Positions 39,101-48,633 of a stretch of 64,000 bases of DNA are shown in pieces. The position numbers and the translations under genes were made by a program. The notes under the pieces were generated by a model. That model saw nothing but the letters and a program-made list of their open reading frames with translations, searched no databases and was not told the DNA's origin. The stretch is taken from the NCBI GenBank assembly GCA_036170915.1, contig JAVHQC010000026.1, positions 32,001 through 96,000 on the forward strand, in the 5' to 3' direction. Source of the stretch: Cyanobacteria bacterium auto_48_18. Its GTDB lineage: Bacteria; Cyanobacteriota; Vampirovibrionia; Obscuribacterales; Obscuribacteraceae. Position 1 is the stretch's first letter; every line of letters starts with the position of its first letter.

Positions 39101-40147
39101 TTATTCTCCGGGTCCCGGGCTGCTAACTGCTAAAACTTTTGCGCCATCACCTATAGTGCTGGCGACCCACAGGTCAATGGGATCATACTTAGTTGCACAG
39201 GCAATTTCGTTGGCCTGGCAATAATCTTCATAAAAATCAAGTTTCAGCTTTTCGGCTGCTGTACTGTCGCTTGCAACAGCAAATATAGTCGGACCACTAC
39301 CGGTCATATGGCAAGCCATTGCACCAAGTTTGAGGAACGTTTGCTTGATGTCTTTTAATTCCTGATAGTGTGGAAATACTACTTGTTCAAAGTCATTGCC
39401 AAAGGCTTTTAAAGATTCGGCTAGTTTGCCTTCACCTAAATACCGCGCAGCGAAATCTCCGGGCAGCGACTCAGTCATGTAGCGATCTTTTAGTTTCTCA
39501 TGCAAATGAAAAATTTCCGTAGCCTGATCATAGGCCTGATATACCCAGGGAGTTGAAATTGAAAGGTGCCTGGGTTTGGCAATAACTAGATGTATAGGCT
39601 CGGCTACAGGTAAAGCCTCAGATAAGATGTCACCACGGCCGGTGCCAATTCTCAGGCCACCAGCTAAACAGAAAGGCACATCGGCGCCGAGCTTTGTTGC
39701 TAATTCCATTAACTGGGCGGAGCTCAGTTGCCCTTTAAAGTATTGATTCATAGCCAACAGTGCAGCTGCCGCATTGGCGGAACCACCGGCCATACCGGCA
39801 CCAATAGGAATATCTTTTTTGATTGAGACATCAATTTGCAAGCTGCGTGGATTATCTATGCTCGACAAATAAAGGCGAGCCGCTTTAGCAATGAGGTTTT
39901 CGCCGCCCAGTGGAAATTCGCTTTTAATTGCTCCATTTGCCAGCTTTAGATTGACCGAGGGCTCGCGAGATGGCGAGAAGGCAAAGCTGAGGTGATCTGC
40001 TAAATTAATGGCACTCATCAGAGTGCGCACCTCGTGATAGCCGTCGGGCAATGTGCCCGTGATTTCAAAAGTAAAATTGAGTTTGGCTGGTGCCAGTACA
40101 TCAATGATGTTAGACGAGTTTAGATTCTTGTTTAGATTCTGGTTCAT
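39101..40147 (-). CDS. ispE: 4-diphosphocytidyl-2C-methyl-D-erythritol kinase
   Basis: APAKLN, DGYHE, IPIGAGMAGGS, LGADVPF, NDFE, MTGSGPT. Confidence 0.93.
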   Translation of the reverse strand: MNQNLNKNLNSSNIIDVLAPAKLNFTFEITGTLPDGYHEVRTLMSAINLADHLSFAFSPSREPSVNLKLANGAIKSEFPLGGENLIAKAARLYLSSIDNPRSLQIDVSIKKDIPIGAGMAGGSANAAAALLAMNQYFKGQLSSAQLMELATKLGADVPFCLAGGLRIGTGRGDILSEALPVAEPIHLVIAKPRHLSISTPWVYQAYDQATEIFHLHEKLKDRYMTESLPGDFAARYLGEGKLAESLKAFGNDFEQVVFPHYQELKDIKQTFLKLGAMACHMTGSGPTIFAVASDSTAAEKLKLDFYEDYCQANEIACATKYDPIDLWVASTIGDGAKVLAVSSPGPGE

Positions 40148-41015
40148 GGCGACGTTTTTCTTGAATAGCGTCCGATAGCATAGCGAAAGTAGTAAGGGGC
40201 AAATTTTCAGCTCTGGCTGATGGTGCGACTTTCAAATTTTCGAATATTTCACTGAGCGTTTCCTGGCTCAACTGCGTGAAAGCCAGATTATTGCGCAACA
40301 TTTTTCTTCTTTCTCGAAAACCTCCGGCAATCACCTTACGAAGAAATTCGGGATTTTCCGTAACTACGCTTGGTTTAGTCAGTGTAGTCATTTGCACCAC
40401 CGCCGATTCTACATCTGGTTGAGGCACAAACATTTCTTTGCCGATAGACAATATCAATTTGCAAACGCTGTAGTAGTTGCTGAGCAGCGTTAACTGGCCA
40501 TAGGTTTTGTTGCCTGGTTCTGCCGAAAGCCGCAGAGCTACCTCCCTCTGTACGGTCATGGTCAGACTGGCAATTGAGGGCAGCCAGGGGCTAGGCTCGC
40601 CAATCTCACCGAATACGTGGCTGATAATAGGTGTAGTAATCTGATAAGGCACGTTGCCCACGATTTTGATCTTCTTTCCTGTTGCCACCGCTGCTGGTGC
40701 AATGGAACTGATGTCAAAATCGAGAATGTCACCGTGAATGACCGTGAGATTAGGACATTTTTGCTCTTGCAAATGAGCTACCATCTCTCTATCAAGTTCA
40801 ATGGCGAAGACTTTCGCACCAGTTTCAAGTAAAACTTCCGTAAGAAAACCGAGTCCGGGTCCAATTTCTAGAACGATATCATCAGCACTTAAATTTAGGC
40901 TGTCTACAATTTTTGAGAGCACTGACGGTTCGATCAAAAAGTTTTGACCAAGTCTTTTTTTTGCTCGTACTTTGGAGGCTTTTTTAAGAAGCGCTTCTCT
41001 AGTGGTTGAAGGCAA
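40110..41015 (-). CDS. rsmA: 16S rRNA dimethyltransferase RsmA/KsgA
   Basis: KKRLGQNFL, EIGPGLG, GNVPYQIT, FVPQPDVESA, RRKMLRN, RAE.L. Confidence 0.95.
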   Translation of the reverse strand: MPSTTREALLKKASKVRAKKRLGQNFLIEPSVLSKIVDSLNLSADDIVLEIGPGLGFLTEVLLETGAKVFAIELDREMVAHLQEQKCPNLTVIHGDILDFDISSIAPAAVATGKKIKIVGNVPYQITTPIISHVFGEIGEPSPWLPSIASLTMTVQREVALRLSAEPGNKTYGQLTLLSNYYSVCKLILSIGKEMFVPQPDVESAVVQMTTLTKPSVVTENPEFLRKVIAGGFRERRKMLRNNLAFTQLSQETLSEIFENLKVAPSARAENLPLTTFAMLSDAIQEKRRHEPESKQESKLV

Positions 41016-41045
41016 TCGTTTTTTATTCCTGAGGTCCGGCCCGAA

Positions 41046-42476
41046 TCAATCGACGTTGATTTTACTGGCCGGTATATTCTGTTCGGTAGTTCTGCGACCA
41101 TTATTGTTCTTGTGATTGTTTTGAGGCGCTTCGTAACCTTCGGCACCAGGCTCAAGCGGCGGCTTTCTGGTCAAGCGTAGTTTGATGATTCTATGCCTGT
41201 CAGACTCTTCCACACGCAAAACGCAATTATCTGCTTCGATTTCGTCGCCGGGCACGGGCTCTCGGCCCAGGGCGCCGAATACGTGCCCACCAATAGTGTT
41301 AAATTCTTCGTCTTCGATGTTGATGTTGAGCTTTTCATTCGCTTCTTCAAGCGTGAGCTTGGCGTCTAAAATATACGAGCCATCTGGTTCGATATGAATA
41401 AATTCTTCTACAATCTCGTGTTCGTCGGCAATGTCGCCAACTAACTCTTCAAGCAAATCTTCCAGTGTGACGATACCTTGAGTGCCCCCATATTCATCCA
41501 TAACAATGGCCATATGAGTTTTAGTGAGCTTGAACTCTGTGAGCAAATCTTTGAGATTTTTATTCTCCGGCACAATCAAAATGTTTCTTGTAAATTCGCG
41601 CACAGACGAATTTTCTTTATGCTCAACCATTGCTCTCAGGCCGTCTCTGATGTGCACCATGCCAAATATGTTATCCATGTCTTCTTCGAAAACAGGTATG
41701 CGTGAATGGCCCCACTTTAAAGCTTCATTGACGAATTCGCGAATGGTGGCGGTGGCAGGCACACAAACAAGGTCAATTCTCGGAGTCATCACCTCTGAAG
41801 CAATAGTGTCGGAAAAATCAAACACGCTATGCAGCATTTCTTCTTCGTCTGGCTCTAGCACCCCTTCGTCATGGGAGGCTGTGACCAGCATTTTCAATTC
41901 TTCTTCTGAGTGCACCGAGTGAATTGAAGGAGGGTCTTTTATTTTCAACAGCTTCACAACTACTTCTGTAGTTTTTTGCAGCACCACTAGAAACGGCGAA
42001 GTGAGCAGGCACCAGAAGTGCATTGGATAAACAGTAAATAAAATCACTGTTTCTGCTCTTGAATAGGTGAGCATTTTAGGCAGCAGTTCGCCGCCAACAG
42101 TTTGAATGTAAGCAGTGAGAGCGAAAGCAAAAGCAAAAGAAAGCAGTGATAAAGTTTTTAGCGTTGATTCAGGTAGATTGGCTTGCACACCCAGGTGTCT
42201 GCTCCACTCAGAGAGATTTTCAGCCAGAGCGCTTTCGCCGGCGGCACCAAGTAAGAGCGTGGCGATTGTGATACCTAACTGGCAGGCCGAAATAAAGCGT
42301 TCCGGATCTGCTAAGTAAATTTGTACTTTTTTGGCAAAGAGATTTTCGCGCTCGGCTAATTGATCAATACGCGTGCGCCTTACGCGCACAAGCGCCATTT
42401 CAGCCGCCACAAAGAAGGCATTGAAGAGAATTAAAACTGGAATCCACATTATTTGGTACAAAGCAAAATCAGACAA
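41046..42476 (-). CDS. Hemolysin/CorC family CNNM-CBS-CorC Mg2+/Co2+ transporter
   Basis: NAFFVAAEMA, QLGIT, GELLPK, EVMTPR, HSRIPV, DEYGG..G.VTLEDLLEELVGDI. Confidence 0.92.
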   Translation of the reverse strand: MSDFALYQIMWIPVLILFNAFFVAAEMALVRVRRTRIDQLAERENLFAKKVQIYLADPERFISACQLGITIATLLLGAAGESALAENLSEWSRHLGVQANLPESTLKTLSLLSFAFAFALTAYIQTVGGELLPKMLTYSRAETVILFTVYPMHFWCLLTSPFLVVLQKTTEVVVKLLKIKDPPSIHSVHSEEELKMLVTASHDEGVLEPDEEEMLHSVFDFSDTIASEVMTPRIDLVCVPATATIREFVNEALKWGHSRIPVFEEDMDNIFGMVHIRDGLRAMVEHKENSSVREFTRNILIVPENKNLKDLLTEFKLTKTHMAIVMDEYGGTQGIVTLEDLLEELVGDIADEHEIVEEFIHIEPDGSYILDAKLTLEEANEKLNINIEDEEFNTIGGHVFGALGREPVPGDEIEADNCVLRVEESDRHRIIKLRLTRKPPLEPGAEGYEAPQNNHKNNNGRRTTEQNIPASKINVD

Positions 42477-42888
42477 CGCTAACTGCGCTGCCTGTCTCCT
42501 TTTCTACCAATGCAAGATTGCACGAAAGTTTTAAAGGTCGCCCCGGAAGAGGGTCTTCGGAAGCTTGTTCTGAGCCACTACTATGAGTATCTTCCATCGT
42601 TGAGGTCTAATCTTGCTCCACTTCTGTCTTGATCTGTGAGATTCCATGTACTAATTACTAAAATTTCAGGCAAGTGCGGCCACCGGGCAACACTTAATCA
42701 GATCCTATCGATCCTATCATATGCACTTGCTTCTCTTCTGCGACTATACCTGATAATCGGCGCTAGTCAAGTGGCCGATGGGCCTCACTGGCATGTTTCT
42801 TCGCAGGTTATCAAGAAATTATCCAGGCTTGCTTTCGCAAGCTACTGTTTGTGACATAATCACCAAAATCTGCACTGGTAGAGGGTTT

Positions 42889-43524
42889 ATGAGAATTAAT
42901 AAAGCTATTTTGCTTAGCGGAGTAAGCGCTCTTCTGGCATCTCAAGCTTTGACGTCGCTGGTTTTTGCTCCCAGAGTTGACGCCATGTCACCAGAAGCAC
43001 TCAACGCTAAAGCCACCGAGTCGCGAGTCGTGGCCAAAAGTAAGGCTGCCAGCAGAATTCAAGAAATCGATAATTCTGGTCGCAAACTGGCGCTTTCCAT
43101 ACCTGGTCTAGGCACTGCCCACATCAGCCTTACGCCGGCTGCCGCTGCTCCTGCTGCACCTGTGACTAAGAAATCGCGTGGTGTTGTAGAAAAAAATGTT
43201 CCCGTGGCTTACCCTTACGGCATTTCTCATAAGGGCAACAACATTACCGTTAAAGTGCCCGAGACCGTGGATGAAGCCCTAGATTACGGCCACGTGGCCG
43301 CAAAGCAAGCGGGCAAGGTGGCATCAGCAGCAATCACCCAAATTGGTGGAATGACCCACTGGATTGGCATGTACCTCAAGCAGTTGACGCACAGCACCAC
43401 GGTTACGCCCGCCAGTTATCCTTATATACAGCAACAAACTGCGCCTACACCCACACAAATTGCCGCCGCTCAAAAGCTGTACCGCACTACAGACGGCCGC
43501 TTGCGCACGGTTGTGAGCCGCTAG
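42889..43524 (+). CDS. Hypothetical secreted protein
   Basis: GAGG RBS before ATG 42889; signal peptide; no family recognised. Confidence 0.6.
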   Translation: MRINKAILLSGVSALLASQALTSLVFAPRVDAMSPEALNAKATESRVVAKSKAASRIQEIDNSGRKLALSIPGLGTAHISLTPAAAAPAAPVTKKSRGVVEKNVPVAYPYGISHKGNNITVKVPETVDEALDYGHVAAKQAGKVASAAITQIGGMTHWIGMYLKQLTHSTTVTPASYPYIQQQTAPTPTQIAAAQKLYRTTDGRLRTVVSR

Positions 43525-43526
43525 CA

Positions 43527-43556
43527 ATCAGATTAGATATCAGATTAGATATCAGA
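43527..43556. repeat. Tandem repeat (ATCAGATTAGAT) x2.5
   Basis: Two perfect 12-bp copies plus ATCAGA, filling the gap between two convergent stop codons. Confidence 0.85.
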
Positions 43557-43557
43557 C

Positions 43558-44313
43558 TTAGCCGGCATCTTTGCTAGCTGCCGCCGCCGTCGTCATCGTC
43601 GTCATCTCTAATTGATTGAGATAGGCCCAGGCTTGGCCGATCATGCGCGTGCTGATGATCTGGGCAAGAAAAAAGCAAAATGGAGTAAACAATACCCCGA
43701 TAACGCTCATGGTGGGCACGATTAGCGCCACAAGGGTTAGTGTTGAGCCTGCCAACCATACAGTGCCAAGCTCAAGAGGGGCTTTGCCGATACGCCTCAA
43801 AACCTTTCGCCAGGCAAAACCCGCCGCCATCTTCTCTTCCTCAGCAAAATTGGCCATTAAAATTGCCAGGAAAAAATTCTGACCAAAGCTGAGGAAGAAC
43901 AAAAAGAGAAATGTACTCTCCGCCCAAATTAAAAAGTTTGGTTTGGAGACATTCGATACATCAAAACCGGCAGCAGTGATCAAGCTTATTGCCAGCACAG
44001 ACAGAGCAAAAAAGAAAAAGCCGGCGGCTATTGAAAGCCAGGAGAGGCCACTGATAGTGAGATCCATCCAGTCATTCCAGCCCGGCAATTTTTCGAGCTC
44101 ACCATTGGTGGTCATGCGCAAACTGCGCAGCAGGTAGCCGGTTGAAAGTGCCGAGAGGACGAAACAAATGGGTATGCAAACTGGATTGATGATGAATATG
44201 CCCAGGGACATATAGTTGATGAAACCGCCAATTGTAGTCTTGAGCGGCCATTCAGGGTCTTTGAGAAAGGCCTTGAAACTGTTATTTAGATTGAACGTGG
44301 TGGGAGAACTCAT
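43558..44313 (-). CDS. DUF4013 membrane protein
   Basis: F.DPEW..K..IGG, GY......LP.W.DW, multiple TM helices. Confidence 0.75.
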   Translation of the reverse strand: MSSPTTFNLNNSFKAFLKDPEWPLKTTIGGFINYMSLGIFIINPVCIPICFVLSALSTGYLLRSLRMTTNGELEKLPGWNDWMDLTISGLSWLSIAAGFFFFALSVLAISLITAAGFDVSNVSKPNFLIWAESTFLFLFFLSFGQNFFLAILMANFAEEEKMAAGFAWRKVLRRIGKAPLELGTVWLAGSTLTLVALIVPTMSVIGVLFTPFCFFLAQIISTRMIGQAWAYLNQLEMTTMTTAAAASKDAG

Positions 44314-45067
44314 TGACTGTCATCATCTCATGTAGCTTGGCCAAAGTATTTTTGTCGGTCATGTTAAACGAAACTGGTGTAACGCTGATGTAGCCATTGA
44401 TAAGGGCGTGCACATCCGACAACTCTGACTCGCCTTCTTCAATCGCGCGGCCAGAAAGCCAGTAGTAGTCTCGGCCATTGGGATCGTGACGCAGTTCGAA
44501 AATATCCTCATATTGACGCTTGCCAAGCTCTGTGACTCGCACGCCCTTAAGATTTGCCGGCTCCGGCACATTGACATTAAAAAGACCGCGGCTGGGCATG
44601 GGTGCTTTGGGCATCACACGCAGAAAATCGACGATGAATTCTGCAGCCAGGGTAAAAATGGCGCGGTCATTTTTCTGCGCGCTCACGGCGATGGCGGGAA
44701 AACCCGAAAAAGCGCCCTCCATGGCTGCTGCAACCGTGCCAGAGTAGAGCACGTCAGAGCCTAAGTTGGGCCCAGAGTTTACTCCAGAGATAATTACGTC
44801 TGGCTTGTCGGGAAGAAGCTGACTGACGGCCAGCTTGATGCAATCAGACGGTGTGCCTGTTGTAGACCAGGCGCCTTTAATGCCGCCTTCCAGGTCGACT
44901 TTTTCTACACGTAAGGGTTTATGCAGGGTGACAGAGTGGCCGGTGGCGCTTCTTTGCCGGTCAGGGGCGACGACATAGACTTCGTGTTTGGCTTCAGCTA
45001 AATGCCGGGCCAGTATGCCCAGACCTGGTGCGAAGACGCCGTCGTCGTTGGAAATGAGAATTCTCAA
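44282..45067 (-). CDS. surE: 5'/3'-nucleotidase SurE
   Basis: ILISNDDG..APG, VAPDRQRS, GTPSDC, SGVNSGPN, YSGTV.AA.EG, GYISVTP. Confidence 0.95.
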   Translation of the reverse strand: MRILISNDDGVFAPGLGILARHLAEAKHEVYVVAPDRQRSATGHSVTLHKPLRVEKVDLEGGIKGAWSTTGTPSDCIKLAVSQLLPDKPDVIISGVNSGPNLGSDVLYSGTVAAAMEGAFSGFPAIAVSAQKNDRAIFTLAAEFIVDFLRVMPKAPMPSRGLFNVNVPEPANLKGVRVTELGKRQYEDIFELRHDPNGRDYYWLSGRAIEEGESELSDVHALINGYISVTPVSFNMTDKNTLAKLHEMMTVNEFSHHVQSK

Positions 45068-45209
45068 TGCTGCTTTCCTTTGTAATGATGCCTGTCCGGC
45101 AAATTATAGATTGCTGGTATCCTATATATGGTCTCTGAAAGCCACTTAGGGCTCGGGCCGTGAGTATTTTCTCATAGATTTTTTTCCACCCTTTTTTGGA
45201 CTAATACAT

Positions 45210-46391
45210 ATGTTGGATTCTGTTTTTGAGCGTTCGAGTGATTCCCTGCTGCAAGTATTACAGCTCGCTTTAGATGAGTGTATAAATTTCGAGCACAACT
45301 ATATTTGTACTGATCATCTTCTTGCTGCATTAGCTACTGAATATGGTGGTGTCGCCAATGAGGCGCTCGCCACTATGAAAATTGATGAAGATGCGGTCAG
45401 CAAGGAGCTGGAAAATCAAATCAAAGGCAAGAGCGAATCAGAACTGCCTTTTTCAGGTAGACCTGATTTATCGTCAGGACTTCCGTCTGTCAGTCTTCCT
45501 GTTGTTGCCACCAGCGCCGGTGGCGCTACTGCGAGCTTCAGCGAAACTCGAAAAGCCTATGGCTTGAGTGATCTGACTGTCCAATCGCTGCACCGTGCAT
45601 ACGAGTATGCTTTGTTTTTTGGCCTAAACTTTATCAATCCCGAACACCTTTTGCTCGGCATTATGGACGCGCGCGAATCTACCGCGGTGAAGGTAATTGA
45701 AGAGTTGGGTGGAAATATTGATTATTTGCGCCGGCAGATAATGCACTTAATGGCAAAGAGTTTAAACACAGGCTCCAGCAATGCCGAAGTGCCGGGTCTT
45801 AATCGCACAGTTGTGAATGGCCTTAAAGAGCTTATCGACAAACATTATCGCGCCGTTAGTACTCTGCAAGGTCTATCTGTTCGCAGTCGTCATGCCCTTT
45901 CATCACTGCCTCCACGTAGTGAAATTGTGCACATGGTCTGCACCGGATATTTCCCAGATTTTCTCCTCAATCAAATTGCTTTTCGTCGTTATCTTTTGGA
46001 AGAGACTCTGGCGCAGTTGAATTTGCGTGTCGGTAATTTAGACAAAGAGTTGATTGCCACCATCGTTTCTTCCGCCGCTCAGAGTTTGCGCGGGGAAGTG
46101 CGTACAGCTATTGAGTTTATGCTCAGTAATGAATATCGACTTTTTAGTCAAATGCTTGATGATGCCGAGCACGATTTAATCGGTTCTGTGGTGGAAGATC
46201 TGTGGTGGGCTCAAGGCGAAGAAATTGCGCTCAATGATCTTTTTGCCGACGCTTTAGATGATCACAGAAGAAAGCATTTGCTCAATTTGCAGAAACGCCG
46301 TCTGGAGATTACTGAAAGATTGACCAAATTAAAAGGGCGTTTAGACGAGACCATTCGCCAGTGTTTCGTTAAGCGTTCAGTTTCAGCCTGA
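45210..46391 (+). CDS. Clp protease N-terminal domain protein without AAA+ module
   Basis: Two Clp-N repeats (HNYICTDHLLAAL; NFINPEHLLLGI) then ~200-aa helical region; no Walker motifs. Confidence 0.75.
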   Translation: MLDSVFERSSDSLLQVLQLALDECINFEHNYICTDHLLAALATEYGGVANEALATMKIDEDAVSKELENQIKGKSESELPFSGRPDLSSGLPSVSLPVVATSAGGATASFSETRKAYGLSDLTVQSLHRAYEYALFFGLNFINPEHLLLGIMDARESTAVKVIEELGGNIDYLRRQIMHLMAKSLNTGSSNAEVPGLNRTVVNGLKELIDKHYRAVSTLQGLSVRSRHALSSLPPRSEIVHMVCTGYFPDFLLNQIAFRRYLLEETLAQLNLRVGNLDKELIATIVSSAAQSLRGEVRTAIEFMLSNEYRLFSQMLDDAEHDLIGSVVEDLWWAQGEEIALNDLFADALDDHRRKHLLNLQKRRLEITERLTKLKGRLDETIRQCFVKRSVSA

Positions 46392-46405
46392 TTCTCAGTC
46401 TTTGA

Positions 46406-46774
46406 ATGTCAGTCTATTATCAAGTCTATGAAATCGTGCGCGACATACCACGCGGTCGCGTGCTCACTTATGGTCTAATATCGCACATGATAGGCAAACG
46501 TTTGAGTGCCCAGGGAGTGGGATGGGCGCTGAGAGCACTGCCTGCTGCTGAAGATTCAGTTGCTGGTAAAAAGTTTCACTCAGGCAATGTACCGTGGCAC
46601 CGGGTAATTAATGCCTCTGGTGGTGTCAGCACCACCCGTAATACCGACATGCCGCCAGATTTGCAAAAGACTTTACTTGCGGCGGAAGGCATAAAGTTCA
46701 ATCGGGAAGCCAAAATTGATCTCGACAAGTATCTGTGGACGGAAGGTCTGCAGGCAAGTATGGTTAATAATTGA
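46406..46774 (+). CDS. Alkyltransferase-like protein (ATL, YbaZ-type)
   Basis: IPRGRVLTYG, VG.AL, PWHRVIN (Trp in place of the catalytic Cys), Q..LL.AEG. Confidence 0.88.
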   Translation: MSVYYQVYEIVRDIPRGRVLTYGLISHMIGKRLSAQGVGWALRALPAAEDSVAGKKFHSGNVPWHRVINASGGVSTTRNTDMPPDLQKTLLAAEGIKFNREAKIDLDKYLWTEGLQASMVNN

Positions 46775-46796
46775 CTCTATTTATAAAAGTGAGGAC

Positions 46797-47522
46797 ATGA
46801 TCTTGCGGCAAAAAAGTTTTTTAATAGCAGGCTTATCGCTTCTGGTTTGCTCTGCCCCGGCATATGGTGCCAGACCTAATCCGCAGCAAGCTTTGGAGGC
46901 CATTAAGGCCGGCAACAGTCGTTACCTTAGCGGTAATACCGTTCACTTCGAAGTTAATAAAGAGAAGCGCGAGATCAGTGCTAGTGATGGCCAACAACCG
47001 GTTGCCATTGTACTTGGCTGCTCTGATTCACGTGTGCCTGTAGAAATGGTTTTTGATCAAGGTCTGGCAGAAGTTTTTGTGGTTAGAGTAGCCGGTAATG
47101 TTTGCGGCTTGTCGGAGCTGGCATCGATAGAATATGGCGTCAAGGTTTTGCAAATTCCCTTGATTATCGTGCTTGGTCATTCTGATTGTGGTGCTGTCAA
47201 GGCCGCAGTAGATAGTGCCGTCAGTGGTGCAGTTTTTCCTGGTCACTTACCAGGTCTAATCCAGCAAATGGCTCCAGCTGTGGCTGCCGCCAGACGCACT
47301 CATCCTGACCAGAAAGGCAAAGACCTGGTTCAATCTGCTGCAACTTCAAACATCTGGTTGGCCGCCAGCGAAATTTATGGTGGCAGCACTATTGTCAAAA
47401 ATGCTGTTTTTGCCAATAAGTTGAAAATCGTGGCTGCCATGCGTGACATCAAAAGCGGTAAAGTCACTTTTCTTGGAGAATATCCACAGCCAGTAACGGT
47501 TGTCACTCCAGGGCGCAAGTGA
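46797..47522 (+). CDS. Beta-class carbonic anhydrase, exported
   Basis: GCSDSRVP, RVAGN, GHSDCGAV zinc ligands; signal peptide; GAGGA RBS. Confidence 0.92.
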   Translation: MILRQKSFLIAGLSLLVCSAPAYGARPNPQQALEAIKAGNSRYLSGNTVHFEVNKEKREISASDGQQPVAIVLGCSDSRVPVEMVFDQGLAEVFVVRVAGNVCGLSELASIEYGVKVLQIPLIIVLGHSDCGAVKAAVDSAVSGAVFPGHLPGLIQQMAPAVAAARRTHPDQKGKDLVQSAATSNIWLAASEIYGGSTIVKNAVFANKLKIVAAMRDIKSGKVTFLGEYPQPVTVVTPGRK

Positions 47523-48017
47523 TCAGCTATTTTCCTGGTTGTCTTGCTTTTCCTGTTCCAAAACCGGCACTGGCGGCAATATCTCCTTAATTTCGGCTAT
47601 CAGAGCTTCCGCATCGAAAACTGGCATACTGAGAAAAACGTCGGCTCCCATGGCCAGGCCGGCTTTTTCGGTGGAAGCGTTGATTTTTCTACCCATTGGA
47701 CCCGGCGCCAGTGCTAATGTCATGAACATGGTTTGTTTATGCAGGGGATCTTTTCTTAGCCTGGTTAAAAAATCAAATAAAGACTCATCTTCCAGGTAGG
47801 CCGCACAAATTATTACGTCAGCGTGATTCTTTCCATCTAAAAAAGCGAATGCTTCGGCGATTGTATAAGCACCGATAACCGAGTGCCCGACCTTTTTACA
47901 GGCCTCTTTGAGCAGTTCCACATTTTCAATATTGTCCATAATCAGGATGCGAAAAGTATCTTTTGCAGGCAGCCTGTTTTCTATATTGGATGGCTCTATG
48001 GGCGGTTCGACAGTCAC
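47523..48017 (-). CDS. Atypical (pseudo) single-domain response regulator
   Basis: Receiver pattern RILIMD..DVIIC..GAD.FL, with the phospho-Asp and Lys positions substituted. Confidence 0.7.
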   Translation of the reverse strand: MTVEPPIEPSNIENRLPAKDTFRILIMDNIENVELLKEACKKVGHSVIGAYTIAEAFAFLDGKNHADVIICAAYLEDESLFDFLTRLRKDPLHKQTMFMTLALAPGPMGRKINASTEKAGLAMGADVFLSMPVFDAEALIAEIKEILPPVPVLEQEKQDNQENS

Positions 48018-48091
48018 TGCTTTACCTCGTGATGCAATACTGAAATGGTATCAAATCTGGTGATCGACATTTAGGTGGTGGAACTTCGCAG

Positions 48092-48550
48092 CTAAGTCAA
48101 AACAAACGGACATTTCTGGCAGAATGCTTTGGCAAAATGTACTTCTAGCCCGTCCATGTCTATTCCGACCTGCACACGGCAGCGTAGCGTGTTGCCGCAC
48201 TGCGGACAATCAAGTTCTTTTACACCTTTAAGAATGGAATCGGTCAGGTCTGCCAAAATAGCGTTGTAGCGCTCTGGATCGTTGGTGGGTTCGAGCCTTG
48301 GGCGTGCTTCCACCTCTTGAATAATAATCGGGTCGACGGCCAGGGCACGAGCTAAAAGCTGCCTATCAGTAGAAGAGAGCCAGGTCTCGAGACCCGATTC
48401 CAGGTCTTCAATGCGCTGTTTTGTGAATCGTGATTCTAAGGCCAGATCTTTAACAGTCAGATTCTTGCGTTCTCGCAATTCAACTAATCGCCGTGCCAGA
48501 GTTGGTGCCAATTCGCTAGTTTCTTTTGCTCTACTATTTTTTGAATTCAT
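48092..48550 (-). CDS. XRE-family HTH protein with C-terminal zinc ribbon
   Basis: LVELRERKNLTVKDLA...IEDLESG...LARALAV; CPQC...CQKCPF. Confidence 0.75.
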   Translation of the reverse strand: MNSKNSRAKETSELAPTLARRLVELRERKNLTVKDLALESRFTKQRIEDLESGLETWLSSTDRQLLARALAVDPIIIQEVEARPRLEPTNDPERYNAILADLTDSILKGVKELDCPQCGNTLRCRVQVGIDMDGLEVHFAKAFCQKCPFVLT

Positions 48551-48633
48551 ATTTGACTCGAGGCAGACGTGTTGCTGTAAATTATAACTCCATCGGCTGC
48601 CTGGTTTTTTGGTTTTGTCTTTTGAGGCTGAAT

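Noticed and set aside
40110..40147. 38-nt rsmA/ispE overlap with NQNLNKNLN mini-repeat
   Set aside because: Ordinary short operonic overlap or a start-call artefact; rsmA-ispE adjacency is common.
46406..46774. Inactivated Ogt pseudogene
   Set aside because: PWHR is the normal signature of functional ATL proteins.
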